A DNA stretch of 64,000 bases from Schizochytrium sp. TIO01. Its lineage: Eukaryota > Protista > Bigyra: Labyrinthulomycetes. The stretch spans positions 2,666,001 to 2,730,000 of the forward strand of contig SMSO01000032.1 of NCBI GenBank assembly GCA_004764695.1, given 5' to 3'. The translations under genes and the position numbers were made by a program. The notes beneath the pieces are model-generated. The model did no database searches, was not told where the DNA came from, and saw only the letters and a program-made list of their open reading frames with translations. This document shows, piece by piece, positions 9,727-19,407 of the stretch (position 1 is the stretch's first letter; the number at the start of each line of letters is the position of its first letter).

Positions 9727-12700
9727 TTAGATACAAAATTCTGAAATAAGTGCAGTCAGCTGACCAGGGTTTCCACCACTCCTTTGAGCAATGAATTTGC
9801 ACAATGCCGGCGGCGCGTTGCGCCTGGCTTGACGAAGGCGTCGCACGGTAAGCGTTTGAGCATCTTCATCACTCAAAGGACGTAGCGGAATGATACGGAG
9901 TGAAAAGCGTCCAGTGCCCTGGTGGCGTTTGAGAAGTGAGAGAAAGCGCGTTTGGAAATCTCCCGAGAGATTCTCTGGAGCAGTCATGATTACACTAAGC
10001 AGGGTACTTGGGCCTTCATCAAAGACTCCAAATGCTGAGCAATAACGCGCAACTACATTGTTTAGAGAAGAGTCGTCGAGAACAACCCATCCAGTGCGCG
10101 GTGATCCATGGGCCGCTGGAATTCCCGATTCTCGAGCGAGTTCTGAACCTCGTTTGCGTCGGAGGCTCTTCGAATGGCGCGAAGTTTGAGGTTTATTGCA
10201 TGTGAGCATGTACTCACTTCGCGCAAGCTGCCAGAATTCCTGGCTAGAGATCATTCGAGGAGGGACCTCCACGGGAGACCCTGCGTAGGAACGGCGTCGC
10301 TGCGATGCAGGGACATCCAGTGAAGGAGAAAGTGTAGGCCGCGACCTCTGGGTATTAACTGGACTGCTCGTTAAAATAGGCGGAGGTAGCGCGCAGTGAT
10401 CTCCGTAGTGATCTTCATCAAAGGTGAAAGCCTGAACAGGGGTCAACGAGGTATCAATGCGAAGCCCAAGATTACGTGTTAACATAGGTTTGCGTTTGGT
10501 CGACCCGCGCTCCCCGGGTTCAGACTTCTGGCGCTGAAGCTGTAGTGGTTGATTTCTTGCAGCAATATTGATCTTGGGCGGCAAGGATAGTTTATGGTCA
10601 GAATTTACCGGATCAATGTTTGGTTGATCCTCGGCGTCATCGATTTGCCGAAGACAACAAGAAGAGATGACAACCATAAGCCAGCGCCAAATTCGGGTTT
10701 CTGCAGTATGGAGATCATCAATGCATAACACTCCAGGGCGAAAGATGTGGTGTACCTGCAGCAATCGAGCAAGAAATGCCCACAGTGCACCTTCAAGCTC
10801 GAGAGAGCCAGGGCGAAGCTCTAGTGGTGCGTATCCTTCCTCTTCACGATGTTTAGTGAACTCCGGACCTTGATCAGGGAATATCTCAGCGAGTAGCTCT
10901 ATGTATCCGAGCAAATTGCTAGCGCGCATCTTCAGCGTATCGACGAGTTGCGAGACCCAGTCCGTGCTTGCAGTATTGAGTACTTGCGCATACAATGACT
11001 GCAGCGGATTGAAGTTCGACTTACATGGGACCGAGTAGAAGCGCACATCAGGAGGTGTAGGTGTTCCAGGTGCAGTAGGCAAAGGTAGCATTGATGATGT
11101 AGCGTTTGCTGTAAGAAGTTTGGCATGTTGTTGCTTTGCATAATCCAGAAGTGCGGTTTTACCAGAGCCTTGTTCACCCTGCAAAATCATAACTTGGTTG
11201 ATTTGCTGATGCGAAAACAACGTTTGGCTCTTAAGGAGGCTCTGAATAGCAGTAGCGGCAAGATCCTGGCCAACCAAAAGGTCAAGTGTCTTTGAACAGG
11301 ATGGTCGGGCACAGAGTCGCAAACGCGGGTAAAACAGGCGAATAGACTGAGCCTTGTTCTTGAAGTAAACGCATTCAGTGCGGCTATCAAAACCTACGAT
11401 ATCGCTATCTTTGCATCCGTTTCGGGTTTGCTCGTCGCAAGCTACAGCAAAGCGGGAGTCTTCTGGACCAGTGAATTCCATGATACGTGCTGCGGTGTTC
11501 ACTGTATCACCCACAATAGAGTATTCGGCACGCTGCTGAGAACCGATAATTCCGCAAAAAGCTTCACCAGTTGATACGCCAATGCTAACACGGCAATCCT
11601 GGAGATCCGTTCGTGATGCAAGTTCTTGCTGGATTTCAAGAGCGGCAACCAAGGCAAAAGAAACATCATCCTGGCGAAGAGTGACAGGCTTAGGGGATCC
11701 GGGAACGCCGAAGACACCGATCGCAACCGTTCCCTTGTCATCACAAAGCATCTGTCGGAGAGTACCGCCATAACGGTAGAGATTTCCCTGGATCACCACA
11801 AGAGACTTGTGAATTGATTTTGCAAGGCGAAGGCCGTCCTCTTCTTCATACCCGACGTCAGTGAGACCGTGGAGCTTAATGAAGAGAACAGTTACGTGAC
11901 GCATCTCAGCAAAACTCGGGTCTTGCCAGAATGCCTGCGAGTAGAAAGTTCTGCTTCGTGGAGAGCAAAGGGGTGGTGCGAGACAGTTCTCGAGAGTTTG
12001 GAGGCGGTTGCGGACCTGGAAAGGCACGAAGGCTGACAGAGGGTGGTCATCACAGTTCTTGATATCGCTCGGGTGGCTTTGAGACTTCGTGGCAGCAGCG
12101 TTGTGGATTGCTGAAAGGTCAAGCTCAGCGTTCGACGGAAGCAGAGGAGCTTCATTAGCAAACCACTCCTCGCCTCCCGTGATGACGTAATGGTCTCGCT
12201 CAGGATCCGGAAGACTGTCGCAGGATCCAACTTTACGAAGCAAAAGGTCGCTAGGCTTACTCGTGGATGAGATGCTTCGTGGAGAAGGAACAAGTGGCTT
12301 CCACCGAGGAAGAGATTCTGCTGTGACAGATCGCGAAAGTCGAGACGCACGGCGAAGACGTGGGGTGACACGTGTCGCCTGGCCTGCTGCGGCGTGCATT
12401 GAGGGAACAGGAAGGTCCAAAGTGGTTGCAGCACGGGATCGCGGAGAACGACTCGCCGTTGTAGGCGTTTCGTCAATGTCGAGTCCAAGATCGTGAAGGG
12501 GTTTAACGTCTGTTGGGACGTCGTTGATGGAGTCGAGCTCGAGGGAGAATGCGCGACGCATGGTTCTTCTTTCATCAAGAAGCTGACTGTTAAAAGTGGA
12601 AGGGACAGGAGAAAGGTCTTCACTAAAGGTGTCATCAGCGCTCACACTGCTAGAACTGCTTGATGCCATTTCGGAGAAAGAGAAGGTTCTGTCAAAGTAT

Positions 12701-13527
12701 GACGCAGCGGAACTGGGTACGCTCAAGGCAGAGACGCTTTGGGCATCAGATGCACTGGTCATAAGAGGGGTAAGCTGTGACCTTGCATCAGCTCTAGCTT
12801 TAGAGGAGCGGGATCGGCGTTGCATTGGCACAGCATCACCTGCGATGTCCCTGAGGCGCTGGTAAACATCGCTTGTGATTACAAGTTCACCAGGCCCGCA
12901 GACAGTATCCGCAGCGCGGAGATTTTGCAAAGGCTGTCCGACCACAAGGTATTCCCAGCGATCGTAGGCGCCGCCCACGAGCATTGCGTGGATCTTGCCT
13001 TGTGCTACGCAAGTCTTGACATGAAGCTCAATCGGCTGGTCCTGGTTGAGCGAGCAGGACATCGCGGGGTCCACAGCTTTAGGCTGAATGGTAAAGGTTT
13101 TCGACTGGACGGCTTGCGCGCATTTGCAAGCTGCACAAATGGCTGCGTCCACGCCTGCAGATTCATCCTCATACTTAGCCTGGGCATCTCTGAAGGTGCA
13201 GAGTAGAGCATCTCCGCAGAACTTGACAACATCACCGCCGTGAAGGGTCACGAGCTCGATCATCTCGGCGAAGATGTCGGTGAGCGCGAGACCAAGCATT
13301 TTCGGTGAAAGGTGCTCTGCAAGGCGCGTAAATTTACAGATATCAATCCAGAGGACCACGCATTCATGGGCATCCATCACAAGCGGCTGGTCAAGACGCT
13401 TACAGTTGTTCTGGAATTGGTATAATACCTCACGAGGGCAAAAGGCAGCGAGCACAGAAGTGCGGTCGACGCGAGCATTCTTGCGCTCCTCAGCAGTCTG
13501 AAATCCTGAGGTGGGTGCCGACTTCAC
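9727..13527 (-). CDS. Soluble adenylyl cyclase (ADCY10/sAC type): two class III cyclase domains plus a P-loop STAND-like domain; main frame, true start lies further upstream
   Basis: C1 motifs WIDICKFT and KFCGDAL. C2 motifs RQMLCDDKG and EYSIVGDTVNTAARIM. Walker A GEQGSGKT, Walker B LCIDDLH and a GGNP motif. The track start is GTG; the frame stays open up to 13752 with no ATG. Confidence 0.92.
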   Translation of the reverse strand: MKSAPTSGFQTAEERKNARVDRTSVLAAFCPREVLYQFQNNCKRLDQPLVMDAHECVVLWIDICKFTRLAEHLSPKMLGLALTDIFAEMIELVTLHGGDVVKFCGDALLCTFRDAQAKYEDESAGVDAAICAACKCAQAVQSKTFTIQPKAVDPAMSCSLNQDQPIELHVKTCVAQGKIHAMLVGGAYDRWEYLVVGQPLQNLRAADTVCGPGELVITSDVYQRLRDIAGDAVPMQRRSRSSKARADARSQLTPLMTSASDAQSVSALSVPSSAASYFDRTFSFSEMASSSSSSVSADDTFSEDLSPVPSTFNSQLLDERRTMRRAFSLELDSINDVPTDVKPLHDLGLDIDETPTTASRSPRSRAATTLDLPVPSMHAAAGQATRVTPRLRRASRLSRSVTAESLPRWKPLVPSPRSISSTSKPSDLLLRKVGSCDSLPDPERDHYVITGGEEWFANEAPLLPSNAELDLSAIHNAAATKSQSHPSDIKNCDDHPLSAFVPFQVRNRLQTLENCLAPPLCSPRSRTFYSQAFWQDPSFAEMRHVTVLFIKLHGLTDVGYEEEDGLRLAKSIHKSLVVIQGNLYRYGGTLRQMLCDDKGTVAIGVFGVPGSPKPVTLRQDDVSFALVAALEIQQELASRTDLQDCRVSIGVSTGEAFCGIIGSQQRAEYSIVGDTVNTAARIMEFTGPEDSRFAVACDEQTRNGCKDSDIVGFDSRTECVYFKNKAQSIRLFYPRLRLCARPSCSKTLDLLVGQDLAATAIQSLLKSQTLFSHQQINQVMILQGEQGSGKTALLDYAKQQHAKLLTANATSSMLPLPTAPGTPTPPDVRFYSVPCKSNFNPLQSLYAQVLNTASTDWVSQLVDTLKMRASNLLGYIELLAEIFPDQGPEFTKHREEEGYAPLELRPGSLELEGALWAFLARLLQVHHIFRPGVLCIDDLHTAETRIWRWLMVVISSCCLRQIDDAEDQPNIDPVNSDHKLSLPPKINIAARNQPLQLQRQKSEPGERGSTKRKPMLTRNLGLRIDTSLTPVQAFTFDEDHYGDHCALPPPILTSSPVNTQRSRPTLSPSLDVPASQRRRSYAGSPVEVPPRMISSQEFWQLARSEYMLTCNKPQTSRHSKSLRRKRGSELARESGIPAAHGSPRTGWVVLDDSSLNNVVARYCSAFGVFDEGPSTLLSVIMTAPENLSGDFQTRFLSLLKRHQGTGRFSLRIIPLRPLSDEDAQTLTVRRLRQARRNAPPALCKFIAQRSGGNPGQLTALISEFCI

Positions 13528-13663
13528 ATATGGAGCCGCAAAGTGAATGTCGTGGGGGTAGTTTTCGAGGTCTTGTTGTTTGCTGTTAAGGTCACAGGGG
13601 ATGATCTCATCGTCATCTTCAGCGGGTTCCTCGGGTGATGTGAATATCGTGAGTCGAGGAGCT

Positions 13664-14086
13664 CTAGAGCTGAGTCCGAGTCCACGGGCGGGTTTGCATT
13701 CCCCCAGAGTTCCTTGGTGAAGAGGAAGAGGAAGAAGGTGATGAAGATGGTTTTAGCATCCGCATGATGTTGTCTGTGCTTTTTTGTGCGTTTTCGTCAC
13801 AAAGGTCCACCACAAGAGCAGCTGCTGTTGTGATGGTTGGCGGCGCGATGATAGCTCCAATGAGATCGTCGTCGCTGTCTTCGCTGTCGATGTTTGCAAT
13901 CTTGGCGAAGGTCGCTGCTGGCCAGGGTTTGCCGGCGTGCTGGCCCTCACGAGCCAGAACGGCCCGGCCTCGGAGATCCTCGTGCCTACACGTGGTGTCA
14001 ACCTTAGTTTTGCTTCTCTGCAGTGCTGGCACCGTTCCGCGCAAGTATCGATGCCGGATTCTGCTTTCGGGCTCCCGCGCAGGCAT
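13664..14086 (-). CDS. Probable N-terminal segment of the adenylyl cyclase in a different frame
   Basis: ATG-initiated 140-codon ORF with protein-like composition (DSEDSDDD, S-rich). It overlaps the open cyclase frame at 13664-13752. Removing one base of the G5 run at 13701-13705 fuses the two into 1452 aa. Confidence 0.55.
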   Translation of the reverse strand: MPAREPESRIRHRYLRGTVPALQRSKTKVDTTCRHEDLRGRAVLAREGQHAGKPWPAATFAKIANIDSEDSDDDLIGAIIAPPTITTAAALVVDLCDENAQKSTDNIMRMLKPSSSPSSSSSSPRNSGGMQTRPWTRTQL

Positions 14087-14244
14087 GCGGTAACCCTATT
14101 TTATCAGTGCCACCGCTGCGAGTCCTTTCGGGGTTTGCTTCGTTCTAAAGCAAGCCCTTTTGACCTCCGTGGTCCCTTTCCTTTTAATCATAACTAAAAG
14201 CCCATTGAACTGAAAGCTCTACCCATTGTTTTTCTTCCTGGTGC

Positions 14245-14327
14245 AAAAGAAGAAAGAAGAAAGAAGAAAGAAGAAAGAAGAAAGAAGAAAGAAGAAAGAA
14301 AAAGAAAAAAGAAAAAAGAAAAGAAGA
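14245..14327. repeat. (AAGAAAG)n purine microsatellite
   Basis: Tandem 7-mer decaying into A-rich variants, just upstream of the cyclase. Confidence 0.9.
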
Positions 14328-14961
14328 GATTTATCATTTCCCCTTTTCTCTTTTTTCTTTCTGTCGCGAAACTGAGTATTAGGTGAGAGATCTTTCCTCC
14401 TCCTTTCATTTTCAGCATGAACACCAAATAGTATGCGGGTAGGTAGATAAGTATTATTTATTTTCATATAGCAAAAAAATAGTTTGCTTCATTTAAAAAA
14501 TGAATAACAATTCAAGGTTTTGTTGTTTTAAAACTAAAACATAAAAGTAATGTAGATATATTGATGGTCATTTTGAAGGCTAATTACATATGGTCTTTCA
14601 GCTCAACTCGTCCTTAAGAGTTTTGCGACACAAGTGTGATTCACAAATACTCGAGCGACTTCGATTTGCGAAGCGACTGCTGCTTAGTGATATTGTTATT
14701 TTTAATGGAAGTATTTTATTTTAGTTTATTTTAGTTTATTTCAAAAGAAGAGATATTCAATACTTCAAAAGTACACATAAAGATGTCTGTCTTTTTAAGG
14801 GTAGCAGTAGTAGTGGTTACTATTATCCTCGTTCTGGGTACAATTGTGTTGGGATTGCGAGAGGGTAGCTAGTTACGGTTAGCCGATTGAGGATTGATTG
14901 CCCAATCCATCCCGTGAAAGTTGTCTTCGGCACACGGAGAGAGGGGTAGAGCCAGGTCTGG

Positions 14962-15035
14962 AAATAAATAAATAAACAAACAAACAAACAAACAAACAAC
15001 AAACAAACAAACAAACAAATAGATAAATAGATAAA
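14962..15035. repeat. (AAAT)/(AAAC)/(AGAT) compound microsatellite
   Basis: Read directly. Confidence 0.9.
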
Positions 15036-15448
15036 GAACGCAATAAAGAAAGAAGAAGAGCCTGAACGAAGGGCATTTGCGAAGCCTCTGTTGTCTTATC
15101 AGGTCCTCTAGTTCTTCTTCTTCTTGTTGCCCCGCTTCCCATCTTGGCTCTCTTCCCTTTCCTTTCGCTTTCTCTGACCTTTCCGCGCTTCTTCCAATTC
15201 TGAAGTTCTGTCCTTGCTTATAATAGTAATGGTAATTCTAATAAAGTAAACATGATGATTTGTATAGAAGTATTTTTAAAAAGTAATATAAAATATTTTA
15301 AACTTAATTTAATTAAAATATAGGACCGCAATAGATATTGCGATGGTGCAAGCGAACAAGAGCTTATTCCTGGTTAGAAGTACCATCTCTTGATGGCTTT
15401 GGTCTTCTTCTGCTTCTTCAGTTCTCGCGTCTCAGCAACAAATTATGT

Positions 15449-15560
15449 AAACAAACAAACAAACAAACAAACAAACAAACAAACAAACAAACAAACAAAC
15501 AAACAAACAAACAAACAAACAAACAAACAAACAAACAAATAAACAAACAAACAAACAAAT
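15449..15560. repeat. (AAAC)n microsatellite
   Basis: About 28 near-perfect units. Confidence 0.95.
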
Positions 15561-17504
15561 AGTCGTAGCTTCGATTGCAGTTGATGAATGGTGGATCGAT
15601 GGGCCGGTTCCCGCTTTCTGGGCTCTTCAACGAGCTAGCGTCGGCGCAGCGCGTGCTCGCGGAAGCGAGTGAAGCAAGATCAAGTTAGCTGCCTAACTTT
15701 GACATACACAAAACTTGATGGGCATAGCGAGGATTGATTTACTTTAGAACCACATCGGCGCTGCTGTTGGTGGTGTTGTCGTCGCCGCTGTTGTTGAGTT
15801 GTTGTATTAGAGCCAAAGAACTTTGTTTTTTTCGTTTCGTCAATGGCCTCCGCCTTAATATTTCACGTTCGCAAGACACGGTTTTTAGATGATACCTATT
15901 TTATTATGGTAAGGGATATTCATCGGTTTGGAAATTATTCTTACTTTTACTTTTACTTTTCCAGTTGAAAAGTTGGCGCTGATAATGTCGAACCAAAAGG
16001 GATGGAATTTAAAAGGAGGGCAAACGAGCAATCGACTCTCAACCTTTTGCTTTGTGCCATTTACTTCCTTCGCGATCTTTGGTGGGCGCCCTAATTTATC
16101 ATAGAGGGCACGGCGGAATCTGTTGCGGCCCGCTTGCGAGCTCTCAGCGCTGCTGAGCACTGTCAATAAGTGGCTGTTTGAACGGCTTCGGCTTACACGG
16201 GTTCGTTTGTTTCGTTCGCACCTCATTCCCTTTCCTTGCGAAAAGGATTAATGGTGAGTGAAACTAACTTTGAGTCGACCTCCAATCTCTACTTCAAAAA
16301 GAAGATTTTCTTTCGATCCATTACTTCATTCATACTATTGATTTAATTTTAATTTTAGTTTTCATTGTGATAATAAAGAGTTATTTAAACAAAAAAAAGT
16401 TTAGGTACGCCTTTCTTAGCACTTGTTATGCTAGAAAAACGAGTTGCTTGTCTTTCGAAGGCACGTGAGAGCAACTCAGACTCGATATTCCTTGATACCA
16501 TTTGTAATTCCGTTTGTTGGCGCCTGCCTTATAAACAGTGCAAACAGTGCTGACGATCTTTTGCATAGATCTATCCGCCTAGCTAGCTGCCTGAAGGTAT
16601 TTATTTACACTGAGAAGGGCGTCGTGATCATCGATTTGGACTTCATTAAAAAGAAGAAGATAGTTACCGAGTGACCTCTCTGCCAGAGGTCGCTCGAGTA
16701 ATTAGTGAGCTCTTTGATACTTTATGAATTGTTTGCTTGGCTGAGTTTTCTTGCTCGTTCAGAAGAACTCAGGCAGCTTTGGCATGGCGCGTTTCAGGGC
16801 TAGACGAGGTGGAGCTGAGCTGCCTCGGAATGAGTTTCTCGTACTTGAGGCTCGTTCCATATGATCCTAAAGTTGGTAGCTCCTCCATGACAGACTTCGA
16901 AAAGGGCGCTCGCTGATGGCGAGTAGACGAAAAGCAATACTCTTTCAGTCCAGACAATATCGAATTTTTAAGTAAGGCGTCGAAACAGTTCGAATGCGAA
17001 TGCATACCATTTGAGTAAACTAACAGACTGTGCAGGGGAGCTTTAATTCTGTCGTATGTTATGTATATATGTTTGTATGTATCCCTAGCGATCGGCTGAA
17101 CTTGCTATTCGATTGTTCATCATCGAGTCTATCAATACTCGCGCTTCTCCACCAGCGAGGCAGGGATACAAAGAAGAAGCGCTTGAATCGAATTGATTAC
17201 ACACAATCCTTACCAGCGAATCATCGCCTTGCCTCCTCAAAGCAGCTTTCGTGTGTTCTCTTGCTGTGTCTGCTCTGAGTAGGTATTTTTTGGTTTGCTT
17301 TTCTTTTCTTTTTCTTTAAAATGAAGGATTTGCCAGTGAACTAAGGATTCTAGCCGACTGGTTGTTTCTCCGAACTTATTTGTGGAATGATTCGGAAGAC
17401 AGCAAAGGCCACGGGAAGAAGCGCCGCCTCTCCCGGATACCTTTTGCAGCTTGAGCTTGCAGGGAGGTTATCCCAAACCTTACTCAGCACCTAAAGACAA
17501 AGGT

Positions 17505-17636
17505 TCATTTGCCATTTCATTCATTTCATTTACTCATTCATTAATTTAGCCATTCATTTGACATTTCATTTATTCATTCATTCATTCATTTGCCAAACGA
17601 TTGATTGCTTGCATGCATGCATGCACGCATGCCATG
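17505..17636. repeat. Degenerate (CATT)n followed by (GCAT)n
   Basis: Read directly. Confidence 0.8.
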
Positions 17637-19036
17637 GGAACCTGGGTGCTCTCGAAGCTGTTGCCCAAACCTCGAGCAAGCAAACGGGAAGGAAGTCAAC
17701 CGTGGAAGAGCTACCATCCGGGAGGAGTGGATTGGCCTGCTGCTGCGGCTTTTGCTTTGTTCTCCATCCTCTCTGCGCTTTTGAGCCATCCCGAACGAAT
17801 CGAGAGCAAAATCCCGACTTGCAAAACAAACGCACCTGAACCTCGAAGCGCCATCACCTTACTTCCTGCAAGCGCTCCTGCTCCACCACCTTTGCGCTGT
17901 CTCGCGGGTCTTTCAAACTTCTTCGTTCATCTTCATGGCGGCTGATGATGCCGAGGTCTTGAGACTTTGAGACTCCATCGACAGGGCCCTTGCGTGCCTC
18001 GAGCCCTCGCTTACTTGCTTTGCTTGCTTGCTTGCTTGCATAGAAGAGTAGGCACCAAATCAGTGGCGTTGCGAGCCGTGGCAAGGACTGACTGACTGAC
18101 TGACTGCCTTGGTTCAAGTTGCACATATTCATTCCAAAGCCGAAAGCAATTGTATCAGAAATCAGGGCGAGGAGACGATTGAGGGAAATTTTGTGGCAGC
18201 GATACCTCGGCATTGCTACGCATCGTCTGATGAAAGCGCATGGGAAGATGGGACCGCCTTAAGCGATGGCTTTCGTAGGTAGGATCACCTCATATTGCTT
18301 GCCCCGTATTTAGAAAAAGGAAAAAAGAAATTAAGAATACTGAGATCACGGGTGAAAATGAATACATAAGCGCTTGGGACCTCGGCAACGTGCCATTACA
18401 GTGTCTGCACAAAATCGGTGCGAAATAGACCTCTTGCTCATTTGAACAAAGTGCTGCTCGAGCCCCATCAACTTTTACTCTCCTCCTCGCAAGGCCGTCG
18501 GTGATTGCAGTGTGCGCTTTTTGGGCGCCTACTGGCTGCTCTTATTTGCTTTGCTTGCTTGCTTCTATATAGTTGAATAAAATAATTAATAAAATAATAT
18601 ATAGGCATCCTAACACGTGTTTTAAAAGTAAAAAATAGAATAAAAAATAAAAATAAACCATCGCCTTTTCTCTCTTCTTTCTTTTGAACATAAAATACAA
18701 TAGACTTCTTGTTAAATGGTTCAAATGAATTAAAATAAAAGTAGACTAGTAATAATCATCAATCCGGCCTAGGAGTGAGTCTTAAACCTTGAAGATAAAA
18801 TTTACAGTCAAACCTTAGAACTAACTGCCTCACCAGAGTCTTTATTTAAAAAAAATACAATCTGATTGTCAAAAGCGCGCTCGGGCCGAACTCCTGTGCC
18901 GCCTTACGAGTAGGATGGGAAGTATGAATCAATGCAAGTCGGGCTGATTTTGAATTTTGTTGGTCATGGTAAGACCGATTCGCTTCGCTGCGCCGCCTCA
19001 TTCGAGACAGCTGCTGTCAGGACCTTCTACTCCCTC

Positions 19037-19319
19037 AGACAAGACAAGACAAGACAAGACAGACAAGACAAGAAAAGACAAGACAAGACAAGAAAGAAAG
19101 AAAGACAAGAAAAAGAAAGACAAGAAAGAAAGAAAGAAAGAAGACAAGAAAGAAAGCAAGAAAGACAAGAAAGACAAGACAAGACAAGAAAGACAAGACA
19201 AGACAAGACAAGAAAGAAAGACAAGACAAGACAAGAAAGAAAGAAAGAAAGACAAGAAAGACAAGACAAGACAAGACAAGACAAGACAAGACAAGAAAGA
19301 CAAGACAAGAAAGAAAGAA

Positions 19320-19407
<88 letters not shown>
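19037..19407. repeat. Compound (AGACA)n/(AAAG)n satellite, about 370 bp
   Basis: Interleaved 5-mer and 4-mer units. There is no T on the + strand, which explains the spurious ORFs on both strands. Confidence 0.95.

Noticed and set aside
11892-13206. Alternative-frame and antisense ORFs inside the cyclase (likewise inside other long CDSs)
   Set aside because: Shadow ORFs expected from codon bias of the real genes.
16770-17018. About 80-codon + frame interrupted by one TGA (possible selenoprotein or pseudogene)
   Set aside because: No recognisable homology, redox motif or SECIS seen; compatible with chance.
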